Below are positions 10,085 through 22,924 of a stretch of DNA of 64,000 bases, one piece after another. The notes beneath the pieces were generated by a model. That model saw nothing but the letters and a program-made list of their open reading frames with translations. It was not told the origin of the DNA and ran no database searches. The position numbers were made by a program, and so were the translations under genes. This stretch comes from Azolla caroliniana. Its lineage: Eukaryota; Plantae; Polypodiophyta. Position 1 is the first letter of the stretch, and each line of letters begins with the position of its first letter. The stretch covers positions 3,162,001-3,226,000 of the forward strand of contig JBHGNT010000008.1 of the NCBI GenBank assembly GCA_043228905.1, in the 5' to 3' direction.

Positions 10085-13000
10085 ATGCCTAATCATATTA
10101 CAAGGACATCCTTTTCTCGTCTGGGGCCTGCTTTTTTGGTCTATTTAGGATGTATGGAACCTGGCCGCTGGGCAACTGCAATGGAAGCAGGGTCAAGACT
10201 CGGGTTAGAGCTCGTCTGGGTGTTGATATCAGCTTGTGCTTTCTCAGCATTTCTACAATCTCTTTCCAATCGTCTTGGCCTCGCAACAGGAAAGAACCTT
10301 GCTCAGGTTAGATTATATATCCATGATCAACTTTTACATAGCAATATTCCTTTATGGCTCCTAGATTGTAATACTCTTTTGATAATGTGCAAGAAGAAAG
10401 TGTGCCTTGTGAGTGATTGAATGATGTGAATTGCTACAGTGCCCAACAATTTAGAACCGTTATTCATGAAATACTCAATAGCTATCAAACTCCTATAGTT
10501 TGCAAGAAGTAAGAGTATTGGTAGAACGATGTGAATTGGTGGATTGCTCAACAAACTTAAACACATATCTACGAATAAAGCATACTGTTTCAATTGAAAA
10601 GAAGAAAAAGGTTGCCTTGGCCATTTGTAGTGATTGAATGAAGTGAATTGATATGTTTCACAACAATTTCAAACACTTTTGTGCATAAGTTATATCTACT
10701 GTGTCAGTCAGTTGAAAAGAAGGAAATGTATAACAATCACAGTTTCTATACTTGTTCAATTGCAAAAAAGTGAGACTTTATGCCCTCTGAGTGGTAGAGT
10801 AAAAGCCAATCCATATGTTTCTCAACAATTTTGAAAGCTCATCAGAGTCAAGAAATGAACAATACTAATACTTAAATATGAAATGCTACACTGGTCTCTA
10901 AAGATTAGAACATTAATGTATAAGGCTCACAGCTACAATACAGGTTCCATTGCAAAGAAGTAAAAGTATGCCGTATGAGTAGTAGAATGATAGGGAATTA
11001 TTATGGGACTTCACAATTTTGGAAGCTCATCAGGTTCAAGAAACAACCATTTCTAACGTTTAAATATTACTGACTTTCCTGGTGTCTAAAGATTAAATAT
11101 AACAGCAGAAGTTGATGTCCGAAATCCCTGCAAATATGCAGGCAATGTGCTGCCATGAGTTAATGGCAAATAATGAAACCATGGAAAAACATGTAATCTA
11201 TAATAAAGCTTTTACTGTAATCTGTAAACATGTAATAAAGCTTTTATTGTAATGAACGGAAAAGTTTATGAAATTTATAAACCTTTGCTAGCTTGAATGT
11301 TTGCTTTGGTTCTGGCACTTGAAGACCTGGAAGAATTTTAAACGGATTTGGTGTTCATATGTGGAGACATAACTGTATACATGATAAACACCATCATTGG
11401 TCATGGTTGTTTCTCATCTGTAATGTAGCTTGATGCTGATCACTCATTATTTAGATGGAATGCGAAAGTCTAGAATATTTCAAGGTGTAAAAAATTGATA
11501 TTGGCTGTGATCAGGATGAGGGAAGTGATATATGAAGTGCACACTTTAACTAAACCATGAATAGTTTAGACTGTTAATAATGAAGGTGACATTTTTACAT
11601 TGTTTTTTGTGTATGTGGGTTTTGCAAGATATTTTTTGTGTTGATCAAAATATGAGATCCAAATTTGTTTATGAAAACCATTTTCATGCTTGTCTCTCAT
11701 TGGATTTGGTATTTCAGATATGCGGTGCTGAGTATCCACGATACCTATCCATGATTTTATGGTTCCTGTGTGAAGTTTCAATTCTTATTTTGGACCTTAG
11801 CACGGTATGCCAAATCTTGCAATAAAGTCTTGTTTACTTAATTAGGTTGTTCCTTAAAATACATTTGTATTTCTTTTTCTAGGTGTTGGGGATAGCCATA
11901 ATATTAAATTCATTGCTGGGCTTTTCAATGATATCCAGTGTGATTATTGCGGCGGTTGATTCTATCATTTTTCTTTTGTTTCTTCCTCATTTGGTAAGGA
12001 ACTTCAAATTATTCTGCTCGCATTCAGTTCAGTCGGTTAAGTTTTAAGTAAGATTTCAGTTTTCACATTCTTTAGAAAGTCAAGGACTCTATATGAGACC
12101 GGAGGTTCTGTCTTTCCATCTTACAGTCAGATTTGTTTTATATTAGTCTTATTGATATGAATTTATCAACATGTGGAAATAGTCTCATGCTGCCCAACTT
12201 TATCTTACACAAATCTTCACTTGAAAAGCTATTTTATGTCCTATGATTTGAGGATGGTTCGTTAAATGAAATTTACTGAGTGTATTCTTCACATTTAACT
12301 AGAGAGACTGGAATGGAGTTGTCAGGAAGGAATTCCTCCCCACTCTCCCCCCAAAAAGCAAAATTAAAAATAAAAGATAAAATTAACAGAAAATAAATAA
12401 AGATATCTCTGAGAAAAAACATCTAAACGCAGATAAGAACTACATTCCAAAATGAAATTATATGCTTGTATCACTATAAAGATATTGATTCAATCTTGTC
12501 AAAATTTGTAGAATAGAAGTGGCATATTCCAAGTCCTGAACTAAAGAGGAGTTTGCATTTGTGCTATTTTCAGGGCTTGTACAAAGCAGCACTTCTCATT
12601 GCCAGCATCATGGGTGTGGTTCTCTTAAGTTTTACTGCTGAGACCTTATATAATAATATTTCCAGTGCACCTGCAGCATTTCAAGGACTCATTCCAATGT
12701 TTAGGGGAGAAATAATATATATTGCTTCCGGAATTTTAGGTTCCAATATTTTACCGACAAACATTTATCTTCAGTCTGCACTGTTTGAAGTAATCAAATT
12801 GTTTTTCATAGCTCTATTAATCTTTTAATAGTTTACTTATATTTGAAAACATTTGAAATCTGCTTTTCCACATAATGCAGAATGGAAAATTTCAGGATAG
12901 TCAAAATTCTGGTTTGCCACTTCGTTACAGTGCCGTAAATATCACTGCAGCTTCTGGTACTCTGTTCCTTGTCATTTTGGCTGTTTTAAGCTCAGCAGCA

Positions 13001-16000
13001 GCAATTTTTCATAATTCTGGTCATGTTGTTGTTATTCTTCAAGATGCCCAAGCACTCATGGAACAGGTGATATTTTGTTTGTCTGAACCAGTTATGTTGT
13101 GTATAGGATAAAATGGACACGTCTATAGCATCAACGTGGAAAGTTTTCTTTGTCTGTACTGTATTGGTTACACCTGTGCCATCTTATTAGCACAGAGCAT
13201 TCATTTACTCTTCTCAAATTTGATGGCTCACGAAGTATTTTCAAACTCTTTATTGTTTTTAGTTTATTCTTAAGCTTTATTGCAGAATGCATGCATTCAC
13301 TCTTCTCAAATTTGATGACTCGTGGAGTCCCTTGTTTTAACTCTTTATTGTTTTATGTTTGATTCTTAGGCTTCCTTTACTCTTTGGTTATCTTTCTATT
13401 ATTCTCTTCGAGATTGGTTCTCTCTCTAAACTTGTTAATGCTCATCATGGCCGACTTTCAAGCATCCAGATTGTGTTACATAGTTTCTTTTCTATAAATA
13501 TTATTCTTGGTAATCAGAAGGACGTTGGCCAGATGGAATTACACATTCATAAGAATCAGTGCACAATTGTTGTATGGATTGCAGGCTATTTATGTATATC
13601 ATGGTTGTTTTTCAGGTATTAAGCAACTCGGTTTCTCCTGTTGCTTTTGGATTTTCCTTCATTTGTGCAAGCCAAATTTCAACATTAAGTGGGACAATGG
13701 CAGGGCAGGTGGCAGCACAGGGGCTTTTAGGTTTGAAGCTGCCGTTTATGTTACATCATATTTTTACCAGATTAGGAGCAACCATTGCAGCTCTGTTTCT
13801 TGTATGGAGTTTTGGGAGTGAAGGAGTTTACCAGGTCCTCATTTTTCTCCAGGTCATCCTAACATTGCAGCTTCCATTTGTAATAGTCCCTTTGGTTAAA
13901 GTAACATCTTCCCAGAGAATTATGGGCAACTATAAGAACTCCTTGTTCGTGGAGACAATATCCTGGATTTGCTGTGGAATTATCTATGTGATGGATGTTT
14001 GGGTGATATTTGACTTGTTTTTTGGCGAATATGATGAATATATGATCTCAGGAAGTTGGAATTTTCTTCGAGATTTAGTTGAGTTAAGTACAAAATGGGG
14101 AGAAGTGGTTCGTTTTCTATGCTGCATCACAACTGTGGGTCTTGCAACCTCATCAACATTGCTTCTAATGTGGATGATCTCCACTCCATTTAAAGTACGG
14201 CGGACCAAACAACTGATGAGGTCTGTCAGTGCCCCCATGGAATGTATTCCAGAAATTTCAGAGGGAAAATATGTGGAGGCCAAGAAAACATTTCAAGAAT
14301 TTGATCTTTATAATGATCATGTCTTGCCTGAGGTGGCAAAGACTGATTGCTCTAAAGCATTGGAGGCAGATGAACTTGCTAATGATCCATGTGTTATGTC
14401 CACAACAAAAGTAGTGGAAGAAGTACAATTAGAAGATATCCCGCTAGATTGTGCTGAGAATTTGGCATCTCAGAAGGAACCTTATGTGGAGGCGAAAGTA
14501 GAAGTTTCAACATCCTCAGTTGATGATATTACATTTCTTCTTTGCAACCAGGGACAAGAAATCCAGTCAAAGACAAATATGAAGGAAATACCAGGTTTAG
14601 TAAGTACGTCAATCCCTGGTGATACTTTTCCTTCAGTTAACTCTTGTTCCAAAATTCTTATACCATTGTTGGTTCCTTCATCTGAACCAAACAAAATTGA
14701 TCAGCATGATGCTGGAAAATCTGATGCAAATAGAGACATTGAACACCCCAAACAAACCGATGAAGAAGTTGATGGTAATGAGCTGTTTGATAAGGATGAT
14801 GATTATATAGATGGTTGGGAGACCCTAGAGCAAGATAATGCTTTTCAGAGAAATCCATCTATTCTAGGAGGTAGTGTTAATTCATCCACATTAGAAGAGC
14901 CAGGATCAGAAAAAAGCTTCAGTGCAAGAAGTGATGCAAGTGAAAGTAGCTGTGGTGGCAGTGGCAGTGGCAGCCTTTCGAGATTGTCAGGATTGGGTAG
15001 GTCAGCGAGAAGGCAATTTTCTGGCTTACTTGATGAATTTTGGAGTAAACTGTATGATTTACATGGACAAACAGTAGCTTTACCACAAGGAAAACCAGGA
15101 GTACGTAGCTTCAAAGCTTCACAAATGGACACCTTAGGGTATTATCCATCTGTGGGTTATAATGATACATTTGGTAATTTGCATACATTTGCACAGAAAT
15201 CTTGGCACAAGAATGCAATGGGCGATCTGGTTGATCCAGCTTTGCATTCTAGGTATCCTAGTTCACCATCAGACTCTCTCGATAGCCTCTATCCTCAATC
15301 CTATTCTTCCCATAATCTGGAAGCTCGGAGATATTCAAGCCTGAATTTTCCATCTTCTAGGGATAATGTTGATAACCAACCTCATACTATTCATGGGTAC
15401 AAGATGGCCTCCTATGTGGAAAGAAGTCGTACATTTTCTATGGGATTGGATGTTAGTCCATTTATAGTAGAGAGGCAAAGACCAGCTTTACATGAGCAGA
15501 CTTCACATGCTGCTACCTTCAACAGGCTTCAAGTATCATCCAGCACTGGATTTGAGAGTAATCTTTCATCCAACTCCAGTCAATCAAAGTTTCCCGGACC
15601 ATATGCGAAACAAAGGTTGTTTGGGAACTCTTCAGCAAGTAACTCATTCCATAATGAAACTGAGTTGCTGGACATGTCTAGAGGGACTCATAGGATGCCA
15701 TACACTGGGCTGGATGCTTCAGTCTGGGATCCTCTTGTGTATAGAGTTACAGGGGAATTGAATATTCCGCACAATGATCATAAGATAGTGCAGTTGGGTG
15801 AAAAGGACATAGTTAGCCCCTCTTACACACAGCGGCCTGCTAGTCAAGGATATTTTGGTATAAATACAAATGATAGTGAAGGCTTCAAGTCCCAAGTTGA
15901 AACAGCATTATCATTTGATGAAAGAGCACCATTATCCTTCGATGAAATTTCTCCCCCACAATCACGAAAAGATGCATTTTCAATTCAATCATCTTCACTT

Positions 16001-19000
16001 TGGTCCACACAACCATTTGAACAACTCTTTGGCTCATCTCACTCAAGCACTAGTATATCTCCTAACACAACAGACATGACAGTGAGTCAGAGTGGAACTT
16101 TGTCATCTTTAATTCTAGCAAATGATCACGACATTGCTATTTTGAATGCTTTACGGATATGCATACGCAAGTTGCTTAAGTTGGATGGTTCGGACTGGCT
16201 TTTCCGATTTGAGAGTGGCTTGGATGAAGATCTTATTGGCACAGTTGCTAAGAGAGAGAAGGTCCTCCTCGATGCAGATGCCAAAGAGCTCTATAAGGTG
16301 CAGACATTGAATGAGCAATTTTTGGTTGGTGGCTCTCAGAAACAATTTGCAAAGAGTGATGTTGATCCAACATTGGCTGCATCAGGCGTGCCACATTGTG
16401 GTGAGGGATGCGTTTGGAGTATGGAACTGGTAGTAAGCTTTGGGGTGTGGTGTATTCATAGAATTTTGGAATTAGCGTTGATGGAAAGCAGACCAGAGCT
16501 TTGGGGAAAATATACTTACGTTCTTAATCGTCTTCAGGTATAGCTTTGCAACCTTTTGTTCTATGGCAGTAAAAATTTCAAGCTTAGTGCTGCATTTGAT
16601 CTTCTAAAGTGTATACTTATCCTCTGTGCTGTGATTTTGCTCTCGACTAATTTACAAATAACAAAGTGGAACTTTTAAAATACCCAGAAGTCCAAAGTTT
16701 CTGTTAAAGAAGATGGGTAAACATCTATGTGTAGATGCTAAAAATGTTCATTTCATCGTCACTGAGCCCTGGAAAAAAAACACTCTGAGCTCGACAGTTC
16801 CAGAAAGAATAATCTTGGTTTATCAAGATTTTCTGGCTTTCTCCCATTGAAGAAGTGATTGCTTCCATGACTTAATAAAATAAAGAACGAAGTAACTGGA
16901 AGATGTTTTTTCAAAAAGAAGGAAGATGTGAGAATAGTCAGTCATCTCATGCAATCAATCATTGAACTCTCCTCTGCCACCCTCTGCAGTCAGCCCTTGT
17001 GCTTGCCAATGTTGTCTGCTGTATGGAAACTGCTCTCCTTCTCCCCAGTGTTTTGATATCATGTCTATTTTCCTTAGGTCCAACTTATGCTCTATACCCA
17101 TCTCTGACCTATCTAGCAGACTATGTGTTCCATTTAGACTGTATGTTCTATCTGATTGTAATGTCCTGATCCAAGTGGGATTGTTTTCAAAGCAAGTTGA
17201 TCATTGTAAGAGTGGCATCTTGAAAGATTTAACATAAGATGGAGACATATCCTGTAGAAATTGAGCTGAACAGAAGTCATTCAAATTTCATTCTGAAAAA
17301 TAAGTTAACCATGGAAGCGAAGCTGGACCAAATGATAGAATAATTACAAGAAAAAGAAAGATTCCATACTCGAGAAAAAACATGGAAGAAGACCGGGACC
17401 AAACTCTTATACATCCATTTGGTTGATGTCTCCCAGTCAGCCTAGCCTATCCACAAGCACAGGTTACTGTTTCTCTTATTTTCTGTATACTCATTACTTA
17501 TATCACGTTTGTTGCTCAGGCTGGAAATTTTTTCCTATTTCTAAATTTAAACATGGTGTTTTTTATGCATTATATGCATATTTCCCATTCGTCTAGCCTC
17601 TAGGTGCTGTATGATATATTCTGCTATGGTTTTCTTGGGGAGGATGAGTCTTTGTTTTCTGAAGTTCCATATCTCTATGCTTTTAACAAATGATATATTC
17701 CTGGCATTTTCATCAAGCAATCCAACCAAGAGGAAGCTGTAGATAATGATATCTCCTTGAGCGAGTGTTAGAAATTAGTGTTTCTACAGAAGGTTGGAAA
17801 CTAGCTGAAACTTTGAATATCTAGACTAGCTACAAATTACAAATAGAAAAAGAAACGTTACTGATGAAATGTAGATCTGAATTTCCAGACAAGAAATTAA
17901 AATATAAGTTTGATGTGATATTTTTTATGTAAATGTTTTTTGAATAATGTACAAATAAATAAAAATTTAAGTTCCCTTTCTGAGTTTCTGGAAAGGAAAA
18001 AATGCATCAGGACTTTTTGCTGTTTCTGGCTATTAAGAAAGTCTTTTGGGGAAGATAGATTGTGGGTAATTAGCAAGAAGGATCCGTTATGTGTGAAGAG
18101 AGAGAAGATATCAACAATGAATTGACATTATGGATGCAAGATGATGGTGATTGGAAAGTGAAGGATGAGTTATACTTGTGGGTTTCTCAGACATGGGGTA
18201 ATTCTTGGCTGTGCAATGGATTTGGGATCTTTGGACTTTCTCATATGGCTGTGTATGTGTCTGTCGTTTTCCTCTGTGTAAAAGGGGCTCAACTTATAGT
18301 GTTTCAGAGAGGTACATCAATACCTGTTTGGATCTTTGTGGTTTTGGTACTATTCTCTAATCTGTTTTTTCTGTTGTAGAGAGAATGGCTTGTGTCTTAC
18401 TGTCTCATTGTATGAACATACACCATTAATACAAATTTATTAGAAATTGTGGTTAAAGTAGACCCGCTAGCTATTTTTGAATACAAATCATTTGGTTCCT
18501 CTCTTCTATATACTTACTACACTTTCTAGAATAGTGCACGTGGTATAAGTTAGGAATTGTTTGGTGGGATATTTTATGTGTCCACCCATCTAGCCAGTTG
18601 ATCTAGAGTAAATGTTATTCATTAATTGATCATGTTTATTTGGTTAATTATGTGCTTTGGAGTGTGGAGTCCTAATATCCAGTTTTCATCTGGTGAAACA
18701 GGGGGTACTTGATCCCGCATTTTCAAAGCCACGTACAATCTCAACTTCATGTATCTGTGTGATTTCAGAGGTTCCTGATGTAAAACAATGTATTATGAAG
18801 GATGTTGGAGAAACTGGATTTTCTGCCAGTCCACAGTCTTGGCCCTGGGGGCATAATCCAAGTATCCCTAAAGGGAAAGGGGCAAGTGTGAATGTCTTTT
18901 TGGATATTATTAGAGTTGTTGAGATGGCAATCGGCTCTCGGAAAGGGCGGACAGGAACGGCTGCCGGTGATGTGGCTTTCCCAAAAGGGAAAGAAAATCT

Positions 19001-19145
19001 TGCCTCTGTTTTGAAGCGTTATAAGCGACGTCTTAGCAGTAAGAGTTTGGGAACAACAGGAAATGTTAATTATAATAATAATATTAGCAGTGGGGTTTCA
19101 AATCACAGAACATTGGCAGCGAATCCTTTGTTGTGTAGATCCTAA
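10085..19145 (+). CDS. EIN2: Ethylene-insensitive 2 (NRAMP-like N-terminus + CEND), 7 exons, ~1395 aa
   Basis: Exons 10085-10306, 11718-11804, 11883-11993, 12574-12789, 12881-13066, 13616-16537, 18702-19145, all GT-AG and phase 0 (4188 nt). Diagnostic motifs: [93 protein letters not shown] (NLS). Confidence 0.98.
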
Positions 19146-19179
19146 TTTCTTTACTTCCAAAACAAAGACGTGTTCTTCA

Positions 19180-19535
19180 TATCCTGAGTCTTGGCATTGG
19201 GTGTGTAATTTGAGTACCCTTAGAGGGAAAGGTGGAAGTGTACCTATCTTTTTCATTACTACTAGATTCATTGAGATGGTAATCATCTTTCAGAAGGGGC
19301 CAGACAGATAGGACCGCCAATGCATTGGCCTCCCAAAAGGGAAAGGTTATTATTGCGCCTTCTGTTATAAGCAACATAATAGCAGTAAGAGGCCGGGAAC
19401 AACAGGTAATGCTAATAATAATAACAATAATAATAACATTAATAATAATAATACCAGCAGTGGTTTGAAATGGCAGAACACTGCCAATGAATCCATTGTT
19501 GTGTAGACCCTACTATCTTTACCTTCAAAAACATA
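19180..19535 (+). repeat. Degenerate ~350-bp tandem duplicate of the EIN2 last-exon coding end, in the 3' UTR/downstream region
   Basis: Colinear with 18828-19170 (AGTCTTGGC..GGGAAAGG..TTGAGATGG..CCCAAAAGG..TAGCAGTAAGAG..GGGAACAACAGG..TTGTTGTGTAGA), with stops and indels. Confidence 0.88.
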
Positions 19536-21372
19536 TATTTTCTCCTTAAGAGTAAAGTTTGCCCCTTTGCAAGGGGTGGGGCCATGCTCATGGTTCTAAA
19601 ATTGACGGAACAGTTAAAAGTTTCTTTGGAAGGTGGTTTTGGAGTCTGGATTCTTGTCCAATCTTGTATCATAGGTGAGCAAACTATAAAAATGCTCCAT
19701 AGAACCAAAACCCAAACCTGAACCTTCAACAGAGGCTGAAACCATGAGCTGGCATGGATTCTCAGTGCTTTTTATCCAATGTTTATATGGTATAATTACA
19801 AATCCAGTTTTGTTGGAAAACTCGCTTTCCAGAGCTGAATTAGCAACTCCAGCGGTGCAATGAGAAAAAGGTATATAATGTTTTGCTTCAAATGATGTAA
19901 TTGAAAAGTAAAAGCTCACTTAAAGAATATGAGCTTTGTATACAGTATCTCCTGTCAAGGCCATATCAAATTCTGGTCATCATCCAAAGGCAAAATTTGT
20001 GTAGTCTTTACATGTATATGTTCACCAGAAATGCAAGTAGTGTCTATATATTTACCTCAATTCTGTCTATATTGCCTGAACAAATTAAATCCCGTTATTT
20101 GTGTACATAGAAAAGTATGGCTGCTTTCTATATTTTCAAACAAATGTTGATTCTAGTGCTCATTCGTTTTGAATTCTTCTTATTTGTTACGTTTTAACAG
20201 AAGAGTTACTTACACATTGTTTATTTGTCTTAGTATATGACACTAAACTTGACATTTACATTGGATCTTCAGCAATGCCCTGATAAGAATCAAAACATTC
20301 TTGGGAATTCACCTTGTATCATAATTATCACGATTCGTTAATGTCATTACATAATAATGTAACATTTATCTTATGAATATGCATGTGGGTGAGCATATAT
20401 AGAAGAAAATTCTCTATGAAACATTCTTAACTGTCAACAAAATTGTAATGCTAAAGGAATGATGCACTAAATTGACTAAAAGAAGTGGACAGACATACAA
20501 GGTAGAGTAAAAGAAGATGAAAATGCAGGAAGAATGTATAGAATGCCTTGCCATAAGAATGAGTTCTTTCCGTAACTTTTATTTGAAGGGTTCGTCGTTT
20601 CAATTGAGGTTTCACACCAATTGATAACATTATATTTTCATGTGCCCAAGTGATCATTGATCATTCTTAGGCTACTAAATGATCATGTCAATCTAAGAAC
20701 TCATGGTAGTGATCTAAGCACTTCATTTAAAAACATTCAAATGATATGGAAAAATACAAAACATGCCTCTTATAACAATGTAACACATGCTTAATTTCAT
20801 TAATGAAATTAACACCAATATAATGGGTATTTGCACAATTCACATGGGTTGACTCAAAATCAAAGATGGGAATCATTTTTCCTGTTTTTGAGGTATTTGG
20901 GATTGCATCATAATTGGGATATGGGCAATGCTTTTGTGTTTCATGGTAGGCGTGGAGTCAAAACATATCTACGAAAAATGTGGAGATTCTTTCCTCGGTG
21001 GAGTGTTTGTCTTGCTTATTGGCAATTCAACATGTTCCACTACCCATGTAGTTAGTGGGTGACCATACCACATTGTGACACCCATTGTAAGCAATATTTT
21101 TCACACATTTATTAATATAATTGTGTGTTTTCAAGAGAGAGAGAGAGAGAGAGAGCACAAAGACAAGCGTTGGAAAGCCCTCGAGTAGAGCTTCGCAACG
21201 AGATATAGCAAGTTGAATTTGGCGGTTTGTACGAGAAGCAACGATAGCAATAAGGAATCTTGTGTTGTCGGCATCCACATACTCAGAACTCATTGTGGGT
21301 CTTCGATTGCTTTCAAAATCTTCGACCTCTTCAATCGGGTGAGTTCTGATTTTCTCTCTTGTTCATGGAAAA

Positions 21373-22911
21373 TTGTTTTTATCCTGGATCGATATAATGA
21401 TGGACATAAACATGAATTCCTCACAAATTGTGGGGGATATTGATATGGAAACAATCGATCCAAAAAAGAGTAATGTGATGGTTGAATGTAATCGTGAAAT
21501 TGAAGACATTGGAAGCTCTAAGAGGTTTGAGGGAATTGAAGAAATTAATGAGAAAAAATTAACATATGCCGAAATAATACATGTAGATGAAGTTGACAAG
21601 GATCACTGTAATTGGGATAATTTATGGGGAATTGCCAATACCTTATTGTCGGATATTGTGGATGAAAATGAAAATGCAGCGAAAGAATGCATTGAAGAGG
21701 ATGTGCATGATGTGGAAGTTGATGCTAAGGCAGTTTTGCAATCATTTGATGTATTCTATGATCGTGTTGTTATATTATTTTTTACCGGCAAACTCCCATA
21801 TGTTAATTGGATTAAACAATGGTTGAACACAATCGTGTCACCAAATTGTGTTGAAAATATATATGCGGGACCACGAGGGTTTTATGATGTGGTATTTCAT
21901 TCACCGGAGCATCGAAGTGCATTGTTGGTTAAAGTTCCTGTGTTTTTTGATAAACGATTGGTGCATGTTATGCAATGGTCCCCTGAAGTGGATTATCATG
22001 CTTTGTTAAAACAAGAATGTCCTGTTTGGGTTACAATGGATTGTATGCATGCTTTTTTATGGCCACTTTTACAAGAGTTGATGAATCAAATGGGTGAAGT
22101 GTTGGTATCTCCACATGTAAATGCTACAAATAAGTGCACATTTTGTGTGTTATGGGATACAAGTCACAAGAGGCCAGGATGGGTGTGTATGAATGCTCCT
22201 GGTATGAGAAGTCTTTGTTTTAAACTGAAGTGGGAGACATTTGCAGGTCATTGTTTTGGATGTGGTGAATGGGGTCACTTTATGGCGGAATGCCACGGTC
22301 ATTGTCCTTCAACTACAGAGGTTCCTATTGAAGGGAATGATAAGGAAGGAGTTGGGAGAGATGTTGGTGTGTCAGATTTTGTGGATGAAGGAACATCACC
22401 TAGAGCAGGTTATAAAGAGGTCTCACTTCAAGGTTTGGGCCCTAAGAATAAGGGAATTGAATCTATGGATATGGAAAAACAAAGTTTAGTGGTTAAAGAT
22501 AAGGGGGAAAAACCGTTGGGTAGAGCTAGTAGTGATGTTGTTGACAAAGATTGGCATGAGGTTAAGGGCAAGTCGAAAGGGAAATCAATGAATATGCAGC
22601 GTAGTAGCTTGCCCACTACTCGTGTGACTACTTGGCAAGGTAATTCAGGAACTAGGGAGGGCCCTCGAAAAGTTCCTTGGCAATGACAATCTAGGGATAA
22701 GGGATTACCCCTTCACCTTCAATTTGATTCATTGGGACGAGTTGTAAATTCATCAAATTCTCGAGGTTTTCGTCAAGCGGGAGGACCTAAAAAAAAGATT
22801 ACGATAGACAACCCTAAGGATGTGGTGCATGAAAATCCATATGCAGTATTGGAGCATGCTTTGAATAGTTTCATGACATCGGTTGCTCTAAAGGAGCAAG
22901 TGCTCCCATAA
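21373..22911 (+). pseudogene. LINE ORF1 (DUF4283-like + zinc knuckle) with a premature TGA at 22684-22686
   Basis: Contains CFGCGEWGHFMAEC. The frame stays open after the TGA through ENPYAVL to TAA at 22909-22911, just before the ORF2 ATG. Confidence 0.85.
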
Positions 22912-22924
22912 CATTGTTGATTGA

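Noticed and set aside
17990-18440. Possible LINE 3' fragment or 96-aa ORF in EIN2 intron 6
   Set aside because: Trp-rich and transposon-like in composition, but there is no motif I can name with confidence.
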